Source: an uncultured Gillisia sp. (GTDB lineage Bacteria > Bacteroidota > Bacteroidia > Flavobacteriales > Flavobacteriaceae). Taken from it: 64,000 nucleotides of DNA. Positions 50,228 to 59,702 of the stretch are shown one piece after another. Below the pieces are notes generated by a model. The model was not told the origin of the DNA, ran no database searches, and saw only the letters and a list, made by a program, of their open reading frames with translations. Made by a program: the position numbers and the translations under genes. The first letter of the stretch is position 1. Each line of letters begins with the position of its first letter. The DNA is taken from assembly GCA_963972215.1 (NCBI GenBank), contig CAXATE010000006.1:54476-118475 (forward strand), read 5' to 3'.

Positions 50228-50716
50228 ATGAGAATATTTGAGGAGAAGCAACAATTTAGTCAGTGGTGGTTAATAGCCATTTTGGCCATCACCAATGGAG
50301 GAATATTTTTAAATCTCTATTATGAAACAGAAGGCTTCAGTAATATAGGGTCTAACACAACTACTGTACTAACTTTAATAATTACCTCCTTTATTATTGC
50401 CAGCATCTTTATTTTAGAATTGCAAACAAAAATAGATTCAACTGGAGTTTCAGCTAATTTTTCACCATTCCCTTTTTTTAAAAAACATTACAACTGGTCT
50501 CAAATAGATAAAATATATGTTAGAAAATATTCAGCATTAACCGAATATGGCGGATGGGGAATTAGAGGATTTAATGAAGTTAAAGCTTATAATGTTTCAG
50601 GGAACTATGGCATTCAAATTGTAACTAAGGATAAAAAGCAGTTTTTAATAGGAACTCAAAAGCCTCAAGATGCAGAAGGAGTTTTAAAAAGATATGCTGA
50701 AAAAATTAGCCAATAA
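50228..50716 (+). CDS. Hypothetical membrane protein
   Basis: Two TM helices; FEEKQQFSQWW and EYGGWGIR motifs; 1 bp after the SPFH stop. Confidence 0.7.
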   Translation: MRIFEEKQQFSQWWLIAILAITNGGIFLNLYYETEGFSNIGSNTTTVLTLIITSFIIASIFILELQTKIDSTGVSANFSPFPFFKKHYNWSQIDKIYVRKYSALTEYGGWGIRGFNEVKAYNVSGNYGIQIVTKDKKQFLIGTQKPQDAEGVLKRYAEKISQ

Positions 50717-50732
50717 ATTCTTATTAGAAATC

Positions 50733-51665
50733 ATGAAAAATTATTTACTCCTTTTAGCTATTTTAGTTTTCAATATAGGATTTTCACAGAGCGATTCTAT
50801 TGTGGAAAGCGAGGTCTCCATAAATAAGTTTATAGATGGAACCTTAACAATGCCAGTAGCTGGAGAACAGCCAAATCTTGTGATCTTGATCCAAGGTTCT
50901 GGCCCTACAGACAGAAATGGAAATGGATTTATGATGAAAAATAACGCCTCTAAACTCATTGCAAAAGAATTAGCTAAAAATGGTATTGCGTCGTATAGAT
51001 TCGATAAGAGAATCTTTAAGATGAATAAATTTAAAATTCGTGAAGAGGAACTCTCGTTTGAAGATTTTGTACAAGATGTCTCTTCAATTTTAGATTATTT
51101 TAAAGCCGAGAAAACCTACAAAAAGATAATTATTGCTGGACATAGTGAAGGGTCACTCATAGGAATGCTTGCCGCAAAAGACAAGGCCGATGCTTTTATT
51201 TCCCTTGCAGGTGCCGGAAGAAGTATAGATAAGATTATTGTAGATCAGTTAGCAAAACAATCTGAAGGTTTAGCCGAAAACGCTAAAAGCTCTTTTCAAG
51301 ATATAAGAGAAAAAGGAAAAAGCATTGAATATAACCCATTATTGCAGTCAATTTTTAGACCAAGTGTACAGCCTTTTCTCAAATCTTGGATGAAATATGA
51401 GCCTACCGAAGTTATTTCTACTTTAGAAATACCTATTCTTATAATTAACGGTAGTTTCGATATTCAAGTGGATACTTCAGAAGCACAATTATTAAAAGAG
51501 GCAAATCCTAAAGCACAACTGGTAATTCTGGATAAAATGAACCATGTCTTCAGAAAAATTGATGGAGACAACTTAGAGAACACTAAGGCTTATAATGAAC
51601 CTAATAGAGCTCTTCACCCAGAATTAATGTCCACTTTAGTAGATTTTATAAAGACTATTAAATAA
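50733..51665 (+). CDS. Alpha/beta hydrolase, secreted
   Basis: QGSGPTDRNGN, GHSEG nucleophile, MNHVF; ATG at 50733 preferred over the track start at 50694. Confidence 0.88.
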   Translation: MKNYLLLLAILVFNIGFSQSDSIVESEVSINKFIDGTLTMPVAGEQPNLVILIQGSGPTDRNGNGFMMKNNASKLIAKELAKNGIASYRFDKRIFKMNKFKIREEELSFEDFVQDVSSILDYFKAEKTYKKIIIAGHSEGSLIGMLAAKDKADAFISLAGAGRSIDKIIVDQLAKQSEGLAENAKSSFQDIREKGKSIEYNPLLQSIFRPSVQPFLKSWMKYEPTEVISTLEIPILIINGSFDIQVDTSEAQLLKEANPKAQLVILDKMNHVFRKIDGDNLENTKAYNEPNRALHPELMSTLVDFIKTIK

Positions 51666-51666
51666 A

Positions 51667-51834
51667 ATGAGCAAAAAGAAAGCATTTGCCTTACGGCTAA
51701 ATGAAGATATGCTAAAAGCTATCGAGAAATGGGCTTCAGATGATTTCCGAAGTACCAATGGACAGATAGAATGGATGCTTTCTAAGTCGCTAAAGGAAGC
51801 CAAAAGGCAACCAAAACCAAAAGAAGAAAATTAG
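51667..51834 (+). CDS. Arc/ribbon-helix-helix DNA-binding protein (absent from the ORF track)
   Basis: Translated by hand: MSKKKAFALRLNEDMLKAIEKWASDDFRSTNGQIEWMLSKSLKEAKRQPKPKEEN (55 aa); beta-ribbon FxLRL followed by two helices. Confidence 0.85.
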   Translation: MSKKKAFALRLNEDMLKAIEKWASDDFRSTNGQIEWMLSKSLKEAKRQPKPKEEN

Positions 51835-52653
51835 ATGAAGTATAAAATTGTTTTTTCAGATATCGACGGCACACTACTAAATAAAGAGCGACAACTATCT
51901 CCCACCACCATCTCTGAAATAAAAAAGTTACAAGGGAAAATTCCTTTTATTTTAATATCGGCAAGAATGCCTTCAGCAATGAGGCATCTTCAGAAAGAAT
52001 TGGAAATTGAGGCTTTACCTATAATTAGTTATAACGGCGGTTTGATCTTGGTGAATGATAAAGTGGTGAGTTCTACAGAAATTCCGATGCATATTATTAA
52101 AAGTCTTACTGCATGGAATACTCAAATGAATTGCCACTTAAGTTTGTATCATAATGATGAATGGTATGTACCTGCAATGGATGAATGGGCTACTCGTGAA
52201 GAAAATAATACCAAGGTAACTCCCGAAATAAAAGACCACACTAGTGTTATTGAGAAATGGACGGTAGAAAATAAAGGAGCCCACAAGATCATGGCCATGG
52301 GAGATGCTTCCCAAATTGATATAATTGTAGAATTTCTTTCAGCGAATTTCTCTGAAGAATTGCATTTATACAGATCTAAAACCACTTATTTAGAAATTTC
52401 TCCTAAACTAGTCTCTAAACTCACCGCTGTTAATTATTTAATAGAAAAACATTTTAATTTTGAACTTGAAGATGTTATAGCTTATGGCGATAATTATAAT
52501 GATGTAGAAATGCTGAATCATGTTGGTTTTGGTGTGGCCGTTGGAAATGCAAGAGATGAAGCAAAGGAAGTTGCCAAACATATCACTAACTTAAGTACAG
52601 AAGATGGAGTAGCTCAAAGCTTACAACAATTAATTCCATTTAAAAATTGGTAA
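51835..52653 (+). CDS. Cof-type HAD-IIB hydrolase
   Basis: SDIDGTLL, SARM, YGDNYNDVEML, GNA. Confidence 0.93.
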   Translation: MKYKIVFSDIDGTLLNKERQLSPTTISEIKKLQGKIPFILISARMPSAMRHLQKELEIEALPIISYNGGLILVNDKVVSSTEIPMHIIKSLTAWNTQMNCHLSLYHNDEWYVPAMDEWATREENNTKVTPEIKDHTSVIEKWTVENKGAHKIMAMGDASQIDIIVEFLSANFSEELHLYRSKTTYLEISPKLVSKLTAVNYLIEKHFNFELEDVIAYGDNYNDVEMLNHVGFGVAVGNARDEAKEVAKHITNLSTEDGVAQSLQQLIPFKNW

Positions 52654-52718
52654 ACGCAAAGTTCATCACTTTTTAAACTAATAAAAATTGTATTTTGGCG
52701 GGCAAACAAAAATAATTC

Positions 52719-53984
52719 ATGGAAAACGCTCCTCTCTTTACTAATGATGCCATTGTATTAGGCATTTTAATGATCTCCCTTGGTTTTGTATTCTACACTT
52801 CAGAAAAAGAGGAGGGTTTTTGGAAAAAATTCTATTCTGTGGTGCCGGCATTGCTAATGTGTTATTTAATTCCGGCAATATTTAATTCCCTCAATATAAT
52901 ATCAGATGAGACCTCGCAACTTTATTTTGTTGCGAGCAGGTATCTTTTACCAGCATCCTTGGTCTTAATGACTTTAAGCATAGATCTTAAAGCTATCTTT
53001 AACTTAGGCCCAAAAGCATTGATAATGTTCTTTACCGGAACTGTTGGGATTATTATTGGTGGACCATTGGCTATACTGCTAATATCTATTGTTTCCCCAG
53101 AGACCGTTGGTGGAATTGGACCAGATGCAGTTTGGAGAGGACTTTCTACGCTTGCAGGAAGTTGGATTGGTGGTGGTGCAAATCAGGCTGCAATGTTGGA
53201 GATCTACGAGTATAACCCAGATCTTTACGGGGGAATGGTATTAGTAGATATAGTTATTGCAAATCTTTGGATGGCTATAATTCTGTTTGGAATAGGCCGT
53301 AATGAAAAAATTGATAAATGGTTAAATGCAGATGATTCTGCTATTGTAAACCTTAAAAATAAAGTTGCAGCATATTCAGAAAGTGTAACTCGAAATCCTA
53401 GCCTATCAGACACAATGATCCTGCTTGCTATGGCTTTTGGGGCGGTGGGTATAGCACATTGGGGAGCAGATGGTATTTCAAATTTCCTATTGACAAACTT
53501 CGAAACCTTTAGTGATAACAAAAGTGCACTTTCCTCCTTCTCTTCCTCATTCTTCTGGATGATCACTATTGCAACTGCACTGGGAATCTTATTTTCTTTT
53601 ACCAAATTAAGATCTTATGAGGGAGCAGGAGCCAGCAAATTAGGGAGTGTTTTTATTTATATGCTGGTAGCAACCATCGGAATGAAAATGGACCTTACTA
53701 TGATTTTCGAAAATCCAGGCTTGATAGCAATTGGTTTTGTTTGGATGACCATTCATGCAATCTTATTAATTATTGTTGCAAAATTGATTAAAGCACCTTA
53801 TTTCTTTTTGGCTGTAGGTAGTCAGGCTAATGTAGGTGGAGCTGCAAGTGCACCCGTTGTTGCCGCTGCTTTTCACCCCTCACTTGCAACTGTTGGGGTA
53901 TTACTAGCCGTATTTGGTTATGTAGTTGGGACCTACGGGGCAATTTTATCTACAATTCTAATGCAAATGGCAGCTGCGAGTTAG
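52719..53984 (+). CDS. DUF819 family membrane protein
   Basis: GSWIGGGAN and GSQANVGGAASAP motifs; polytopic membrane protein. Confidence 0.85.
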   Translation: MENAPLFTNDAIVLGILMISLGFVFYTSEKEEGFWKKFYSVVPALLMCYLIPAIFNSLNIISDETSQLYFVASRYLLPASLVLMTLSIDLKAIFNLGPKALIMFFTGTVGIIIGGPLAILLISIVSPETVGGIGPDAVWRGLSTLAGSWIGGGANQAAMLEIYEYNPDLYGGMVLVDIVIANLWMAIILFGIGRNEKIDKWLNADDSAIVNLKNKVAAYSESVTRNPSLSDTMILLAMAFGAVGIAHWGADGISNFLLTNFETFSDNKSALSSFSSSFFWMITIATALGILFSFTKLRSYEGAGASKLGSVFIYMLVATIGMKMDLTMIFENPGLIAIGFVWMTIHAILLIIVAKLIKAPYFFLAVGSQANVGGAASAPVVAAAFHPSLATVGVLLAVFGYVVGTYGAILSTILMQMAAAS

Positions 53985-54037
53985 TATTAATTCAAAAATA
54001 ATAAGATATTTGCCGACTCATATTCCAACTAAATTTC

Positions 54038-54769
54038 ATGAAAAAACTAAGCTTTTTACTACTTATACTTATTAGTGTTACTGCATGTTCTGAAAAAGAA
54101 AATAACCTTTTTGTTACAGGTCATGTGAAAGGATTAAAAAAAGGTACCATCTATCTTCAGAAAATTGAAGATACGGTGCTAATAAATGTAGATTCTGTAC
54201 AAGTTGATGGTGATGCTAATTTTGAACTTGGGGATTATATTAAAAGTCCACAGATCATGTATCTCTACTTAGAAAAAGTTGATAATGCAGAATATATCGA
54301 TCGAATAGAATTTTTTGCTGAAGCAGGTGAAGTTAGAATTAACACAACTTTGAAAAATTTTCAAGTTGATGCTAAGGTTGTAGGATCGGCAAATCAAGAA
54401 AAGCTGATGGATTACCGTAAAATGATGCAACGTTTCAACGATAAAAATTTAGAGTTGATCCAGAAGAATTTTGAAGCACAACGTGATGAGAATGAAGAAT
54501 TAATAATCGCTACCAATAATGATTTCGACAAACTTTTAATAAGAAAATATCTCTATACTGTTAACTTTGCGATTAATAACAAGGATCTAGATATTGCACC
54601 TTATTTGGCACTATCAGAAGTATTCGACGCTAATATTAAATATTTAGATACTATCTACAGCTCTCTAACTCCAGAGGTTAAAAAGAATAAGTACGGAAAA
54701 GAGCTTAAGGATTTTTTAAAAGAAAGAAGAAAACTTGAAAAGTTAGAAGAAAAAGTAGCGGACCAGTAA
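54038..54769 (+). CDS. DUF4369-domain lipoprotein
   Basis: TAC lipobox; GHVKGLKKGTIYLQK and FFAEAGE motifs; no CxxC. Confidence 0.75.
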   Translation: MKKLSFLLLILISVTACSEKENNLFVTGHVKGLKKGTIYLQKIEDTVLINVDSVQVDGDANFELGDYIKSPQIMYLYLEKVDNAEYIDRIEFFAEAGEVRINTTLKNFQVDAKVVGSANQEKLMDYRKMMQRFNDKNLELIQKNFEAQRDENEELIIATNNDFDKLLIRKYLYTVNFAINNKDLDIAPYLALSEVFDANIKYLDTIYSSLTPEVKKNKYGKELKDFLKERRKLEKLEEKVADQ

Positions 54770-54797
54770 AAACCCTAGTTCCTATTTTCTTCGTGAT

Positions 54798-54838
54798 AAA
54801 AAGATGCTCCCTCGTAAAAGGGGAGCATCTTTTTTTTT
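54798..54838 (+). terminator. Intrinsic terminator
   Basis: aaaaagatgctccc...gggagcatcttttttt. Confidence 0.8.
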
Positions 54839-54933
54839 GCTTATCACTTCGCCAAACTGAACTAAACGCAAAATATGAATTATGTGAGTTTTCTCAAAAA
54901 CAAAAAAAACGTTCTTTTCAGAAAGGTTCTTTG

Positions 54934-54954
54934 TTTAGAGGCGATAGAGCGACT
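54934..54954. repeat. Degenerate copy of the tRNA-Thr 3' end (att-like scar)
   Basis: tttagaggcgatagagcgact vs tttagagccgatagagggact (55036-55056), 19/21 identical. Confidence 0.7.
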
Positions 54955-55040
54955 TCCTTCGATTCCGAGCAGAACAGGCTTCCAGGTCCAAACGCAATAA
55001 AACTAAAAAAGCTCCTCCTAAAGGAGAAGCTTTTTTTTAG

Positions 55041-55114
55041 AGCCGATAGAGGGACTCGAACCCACGACCTGCTGATTACAAATCAGCTGCTCTAGCCAGC
55101 TGAGCTACATCGGC
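55041..55114 (-). tRNA. tRNA-Thr(TGT)
   Basis: Reverse complement GCCGATGTAGCTCAGCTGGCTAGAGCAGCTGATTTGTAATCAGCAGGTCGTGGGTTCGAGTCCCTCTATCGGCT; terminator-like hairpin follows. Confidence 0.97.
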
Positions 55115-55126
55115 ATCTAATATATA

Positions 55127-55393
55127 TTATAATTTATTTATCTTCTCTACCAAAGCGTTTGCTTTAGTTTCAAGATCTTTTTCTATCCCTTTAAAATGCT
55201 GTTTTTTATTCTCAACATTCTTCTGATTAATTTTAGCGATCAATTCATCAAAAGCTACGATAGCTTCATCAACAATCGCCTCTGTTTTTTTAGGGTCTTG
55301 CTTAGGATCTGCTAATTGGTGGATATATGCGGCTTCAATAATATCTCCCATCACATAATTCACATCCCTTTTTAACAATCTCTTACTTGCCAT
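55127..55393 (-). CDS. Small helical hypothetical protein
   Basis: 88 aa (MASKRLLKRDVNYVMGDII...KQHF); stop lies 12 bp before the tRNA-Thr 5' end. Confidence 0.75.
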   Translation of the reverse strand: MASKRLLKRDVNYVMGDIIEAAYIHQLADPKQDPKKTEAIVDEAIVAFDELIAKINQKNVENKKQHFKGIEKDLETKANALVEKINKL

Positions 55394-55439
55394 AATTTCT
55401 AAATTTTAAGTTGCGAATTTAATCTATTTTCTGATAATA

Positions 55440-56417
55440 CTACACACTTACCTCTAAAATTTTTGCTCCTTTGCTTTTTATATCAATTTTACACGCGGAA
55501 GCAGGCACCAACAAGGTTTCCCCTTGTTTTAAAACTTCATATTTACCAGAGTCCATACGTATTGTTGCTTCACCCTCCACTCCCATCAATACTATAAAAC
55601 AGTCTTTTTCGGAATAGTTTATAGTTATTTCATCTTTTACTTCAACTATATTGGTAATAAAATAATTTGTCGAAATTATTTCTGAAGCGCAGTTTTGCTT
55701 TGCTTGGTAAGATATTTTATGTCCATTATTACTTGAAAGATCTATAGCCTCCAACGCCAACGCTGTATGTAATTCTCTTTTTTCACCATTTTCTTCTTCC
55801 CTATCCCAATCGTAAATTCTATAAGTTACATCCGATGTTTGTTGTATTTCTGCTAATACAACTCCTTCCCCAATTGCGTGAATCAATCCTGGCGGAATAA
55901 TAAAAGCATCTCCAACAGATACCTTCACTCTATTTAAGGCATCTGGCAATTCATTCTTTTCAACCAGTTCCACATATTTAGATTTCGAAATAGGTTCTTT
56001 AAAACCAAGAATAAGTTCTGCTCCTTCATCTGCTTGCATGATATACCACATTTCCGTTTTCCCGAAAGAGTTATGTTTCTCTTTCGCAATAACATCATTT
56101 GGATGCAACTGAATACTCAAATTCTCTGCAGCATCTATATATTTTATTAGAAGCGGGAATTTTATTCCAAAGGTTTTAAAAACCTTCTCACCTACCAGAT
56201 CCTCTTTAAATTCTTCTAATAATTCCTGAATTGATTTTCCAGCTAGTGGTCCATTGGTTACTACAGAGGTATTATCTTCGAGATCGGAAATCTCCCAGCT
56301 CTCCCCTGTTTTTGAAGAAACCGATCTTTTATTGAAAAGCTTTTCCAACTTATTTCCTCCCCATACCTTTTCTTTTAGAATAGGCTCAAATTTTAAAAGA
56401 TATAGATCTTTCTTCAT
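55440..56417 (-). CDS. manA: Type I phosphomannose isomerase
   Basis: EKVWGG, GESWE, LSIQLHP, KTEMWY, IHAIG, EIQQTSDVTYR; ATG at 56417 preferred. Confidence 0.9.
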   Translation of the reverse strand: MKKDLYLLKFEPILKEKVWGGNKLEKLFNKRSVSSKTGESWEISDLEDNTSVVTNGPLAGKSIQELLEEFKEDLVGEKVFKTFGIKFPLLIKYIDAAENLSIQLHPNDVIAKEKHNSFGKTEMWYIMQADEGAELILGFKEPISKSKYVELVEKNELPDALNRVKVSVGDAFIIPPGLIHAIGEGVVLAEIQQTSDVTYRIYDWDREEENGEKRELHTALALEAIDLSSNNGHKISYQAKQNCASEIISTNYFITNIVEVKDEITINYSEKDCFIVLMGVEGEATIRMDSGKYEVLKQGETLLVPASACKIDIKSKGAKILEVSV

Positions 56418-56438
56418 TCTGTAATTACTTAATCCCAT

Positions 56439-56849
56439 TTACGAACCATCATAGGTTACAAAATTTCTTGGCGTCTCATATAAAGTAACAGATAGCGATA
56501 AGGATTTCTTGAGATTAGGGCGAAGTTTATTCCAGATAACTACAGAAATATTTTCAGCAGTTGGATTCATTTCTTTAAATTCTTCAACTTCAACATTCAA
56601 ATTCTTATGATCCAGGTAGGTCTCAACTTCAGAGTAAATGAGATCTTTCAATAATTTCATATCTACAACAAATCCAGTTTCGGGATCAATTTCACCAGTA
56701 ACCGAAACAATTAGTTCGTAGTTATGTCCATGAAAATTAGGATTGCTGCATTTACCAAAAATATCGCGATTCCTTTGATCGTCCCAGTCTTTTCTGAACA
56801 AACGGTGAGCAGCATTAAAATGTGCTTTTCTATGTACGGTTACTTTCAT
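56439..56849 (-). CDS. queD: 6-pyruvoyl-tetrahydropterin / 6-carboxytetrahydropterin synthase
   Basis: HFNAAHRL, CSNPNFHGHNY, PTAEN, LYETPRN. Confidence 0.9.
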   Translation of the reverse strand: MKVTVHRKAHFNAAHRLFRKDWDDQRNRDIFGKCSNPNFHGHNYELIVSVTGEIDPETGFVVDMKLLKDLIYSEVETYLDHKNLNVEVEEFKEMNPTAENISVVIWNKLRPNLKKSLSLSVTLYETPRNFVTYDGS

Positions 56850-57364
56850 CGTTGTATAGATTGGTAATATTTATCAAAAATGATTTTGAACCATTCTGTA
56901 TAAACTGAAGGGTTTACCTCCATATCTTTTGCAACTTCTTCCAATCCCATCCATTTCCAATCTTCCGCCTCTTCTGGATTCAGTTTTGGTTCCTCATTAT
57001 AATTTCCAACCAAGATATGGTCAAATTCATGCTCAGTTAATCCATTATCAAAAGGTGCCTTATAAATAAAGGAAATCGTATCCTCAAGTTCTGCTGAAAA
57101 ACCCATTTCTTCTTGTAAACGCCTTTTACCGGCAGCAATATTGCTCTCACCTTCCCTTTGATGGCTGCAACACGTATTAGTCCACAATCCAGGGGAATGA
57201 TATTTGGATAAGGCTCTTTGCTGAAGCATTAATTCATTCTTTTCATTAAATATAAAAACGGAAAATGCACGGTGTAACAGCCCTTTTTCATGTGCTTCCA
57301 TCTTTGGCATTAGACCAATAGGTTCGTCCTTTTGATTTACCAAGATCACTTTTTCTTCTGTCAT
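56846..57364 (-). CDS. idi: Type 1 isopentenyl-diphosphate isomerase
   Basis: HRAFSVF, WTNTCCSH, EHEFDH. Confidence 0.96.
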   Translation of the reverse strand: MTEEKVILVNQKDEPIGLMPKMEAHEKGLLHRAFSVFIFNEKNELMLQQRALSKYHSPGLWTNTCCSHQREGESNIAAGKRRLQEEMGFSAELEDTISFIYKAPFDNGLTEHEFDHILVGNYNEEPKLNPEEAEDWKWMGLEEVAKDMEVNPSVYTEWFKIIFDKYYQSIQR

Positions 57365-57500
57365 AGCTGAATTTGAATTTCAAAAATACAAAATCGAACT
57401 ACCAAATCATAAGAAAAATAGGTGCTAACAGTGATAATTTTGGATTTAAATAAACCCATGCTTATCTGAATACAATTCCATTTTCTCCATCAAAAAATTT

Positions 57501-57508
57501 TATCTTTG
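57501..57508 (+). promoter_or_regulatory. -7 promoter box of prfC
   Basis: TATCTTTG, 17 nt before the ATG. Confidence 0.7.
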
Positions 57509-57525
57509 CAGCCTTAATTAAGCAT

Positions 57526-59112
57526 ATGAAATTTACCGACGAGATAAAAAGAAGAAGAACATTTGGGATCATTTCTCACCCGGATGCAGGAAAAACCACT
57601 TTAACCGAAAAGTTATTGCTATTTGGTGGAGCGATTCAGGAAGCTGGTGCGGTAAAATCAAATAAAATAAAAAAAGGTGCGACGAGTGACTTTATGGAAA
57701 TAGAGCGCCAACGTGGAATTTCTGTAGCAACCTCTGTACTGGCATTTGAATATGACGGAATAAAAATAAATATACTTGATACGCCTGGACACAAGGATTT
57801 TGCCGAAGATACTTTTAGAACTTTAACAGCGGTAGATAGTGTTATTGTAGTAATAGATGTTGCAAAAGGTGTAGAGGAACAAACCGAGAAACTGGTAGAG
57901 GTTTGTAGAATGCGTAATATTCCAATGATCGTATTTATTAATAAAATGGATCGTGAAGGAAAGGATGCATTCGAATTAATGGATGAAATAGAACAAAAAC
58001 TAAACTTAACAGTTACTCCTTTAAGTTTCCCTATAGGAATGGGTTACGACTTTAAAGGAATTTATAATATCTGGGAGAAGAATATAAATCTTTTCACTGG
58101 TGACCCAAGAAAGGATATTGAAGACACTATAGAGATCTCCGATCTTAAATCAGAAAAACTAGATGAACTTTTAGGATCCAAAGCGGCTGACACTTTAAGG
58201 GAAGAACTTGAGTTAATTGAAGGAGTATATCCTGAATTTGATAACCAAACCTATTTAGAAGGTAACTTACAACCTGTTTTCTTTGGCTCTGCCTTGAACA
58301 ATTTTGGAGTTAGAGAACTTTTGGATTGTTTTGTAAGCATTGCACCAACTCCTAGGGCTAAAGCGAGTGAAGAACGTGTTGTTAAACCAGATGAAAAACA
58401 ATTCACTGGATTCGTTTTCAAAATTCATGCGAATATGGATCCTAAACATAGGGACCGTTTAGCCTTTATAAAAATCGTGTCTGGGATCTTCGAAAGAAAC
58501 AAACCCTATTTACATGTAAGACACGGGAAGAATTTAAAATTTTCAAGTCCTAATGCCTTCTTTGCTGAAAAGAAAGAAATTGTAGATATATCATACCCAG
58601 GAGATATCGTTGGTCTACATGATACCGGAAACTTTAAGATTGGTGATACTTTAACTGAAGGAGAGATCCTTAATTATAAAGGAATTCCTAGTTTCTCTCC
58701 AGAACATTTTAGATACATCAACAATGCAGATCCTATGAAATCTAAGCAATTGGAAAAAGGGATCGATCAGCTAATGGATGAAGGTGTGGCTCAGTTGTTT
58801 ACTTTAGAGATGAACAACAGGAAAGTAATTGGAACGGTGGGTGCACTACAATTCGAAGTTATTCAATATAGACTGGAGCATGAATATGGAGCGATGTGTA
58901 CCTATGAAAACGTAAATGTTTTTAAGGCCACTTGGGTTGAAGCTAAAGATGTTAAAAGTGAAGAGTTTAAGGAATTTAAAAGGGTAAAAGCCAAATTCTT
59001 AGCGCATGATAAGCGTGGACAGTTGGTGTTTTTCGCAGATTCCCAATTTTCTTTGCAAATGACACAGCAGAAATATCCTTCTATAAAATTCCATTTGGTT
59101 TCTGAATTTTAA
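57526..59112 (+). CDS. prfC: Peptide chain release factor 3
   Basis: RRTFGIISHPDAGKTT, DTPGHKDF, NKMD, GALQFEV. Confidence 0.98.
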   Translation: MKFTDEIKRRRTFGIISHPDAGKTTLTEKLLLFGGAIQEAGAVKSNKIKKGATSDFMEIERQRGISVATSVLAFEYDGIKINILDTPGHKDFAEDTFRTLTAVDSVIVVIDVAKGVEEQTEKLVEVCRMRNIPMIVFINKMDREGKDAFELMDEIEQKLNLTVTPLSFPIGMGYDFKGIYNIWEKNINLFTGDPRKDIEDTIEISDLKSEKLDELLGSKAADTLREELELIEGVYPEFDNQTYLEGNLQPVFFGSALNNFGVRELLDCFVSIAPTPRAKASEERVVKPDEKQFTGFVFKIHANMDPKHRDRLAFIKIVSGIFERNKPYLHVRHGKNLKFSSPNAFFAEKKEIVDISYPGDIVGLHDTGNFKIGDTLTEGEILNYKGIPSFSPEHFRYINNADPMKSKQLEKGIDQLMDEGVAQLFTLEMNNRKVIGTVGALQFEVIQYRLEHEYGAMCTYENVNVFKATWVEAKDVKSEEFKEFKRVKAKFLAHDKRGQLVFFADSQFSLQMTQQKYPSIKFHLVSEF

Positions 59113-59131
59113 AACATTGCTTTTATGATAT

Positions 59132-59163
59132 AAAAACCCCGAAGAAAAATCTTCGGGGTTTTT
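59132..59163. terminator. Bidirectional terminator between prfC and DUF3467
   Basis: aaaaaccccgaaga-aaaa-tcttcggggttttt. Confidence 0.85.
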
Positions 59164-59182
59164 ATATCTCTAAATTTTCGAA

Positions 59183-59258
59183 TGTCATTCCGACGAAGGA
59201 GGAATCTCCTAAATAATAACAAGATTCTTCACTGCATTTCTTTTCGTTCAGAATGACA
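59183..59258. repeat. Inverted REP-like pair (gtcattcc...gaatct / agattc...gaatgac)
   Basis: tgtcattc/gaatgaca outer arms and gaatct/agattc inner arms. Confidence 0.6.
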
Positions 59259-59267
59259 GTACTATTT

Positions 59268-59582
59268 CTAAGCCTGCCCAGTTGGCCCAAAATTCAATGG
59301 GATTGGTGGTTGCTCATAATCTTTAATTTCTCCATGTGCTTTTTCAAAGCGTTTCACATTTTCACCCAAGGCTTTCAATAATCTTTTTGCATGTTGGGGT
59401 GTTAAGATAATCCTGGATTTCACCTTGCTCTTCGGCGTTCCAGGCATGATACTTACAAAATCTACAACAAACTCTGATACCGAATGATTAATTATAGCTA
59501 AGTTGGAATAGATACCTTCAGCTATTTTTTCATCCAATTCTATATTGATCTGTCCCGGTTTAGGATTTTTATCTTCACTCAT
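59268..59582 (-). CDS. DUF3467 family protein
   Basis: GIYSNLAIINHS, SRIILTPQHAKRL; usual position after rpoC; ATG at 59582 preferred. Confidence 0.88.
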   Translation of the reverse strand: MSEDKNPKPGQINIELDEKIAEGIYSNLAIINHSVSEFVVDFVSIMPGTPKSKVKSRIILTPQHAKRLLKALGENVKRFEKAHGEIKDYEQPPIPLNFGPTGQA

Positions 59583-59702
59583 AATTTCTAATATTTTGTC
59601 TAAAATAAGAAAATCTGCATTCAATCGGCCGAAGCTTCAAAAAATGCAGATCTCTATTATTAATTTTCAAGGCTACTTTGCAGAAACTTCAAAAAATAAG
59701 GT

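Noticed and set aside
54793-55095. 100-aa ORF beside tRNA-Thr
   Set aside because: Runs through two terminators and antisense to the tRNA; no protein features.
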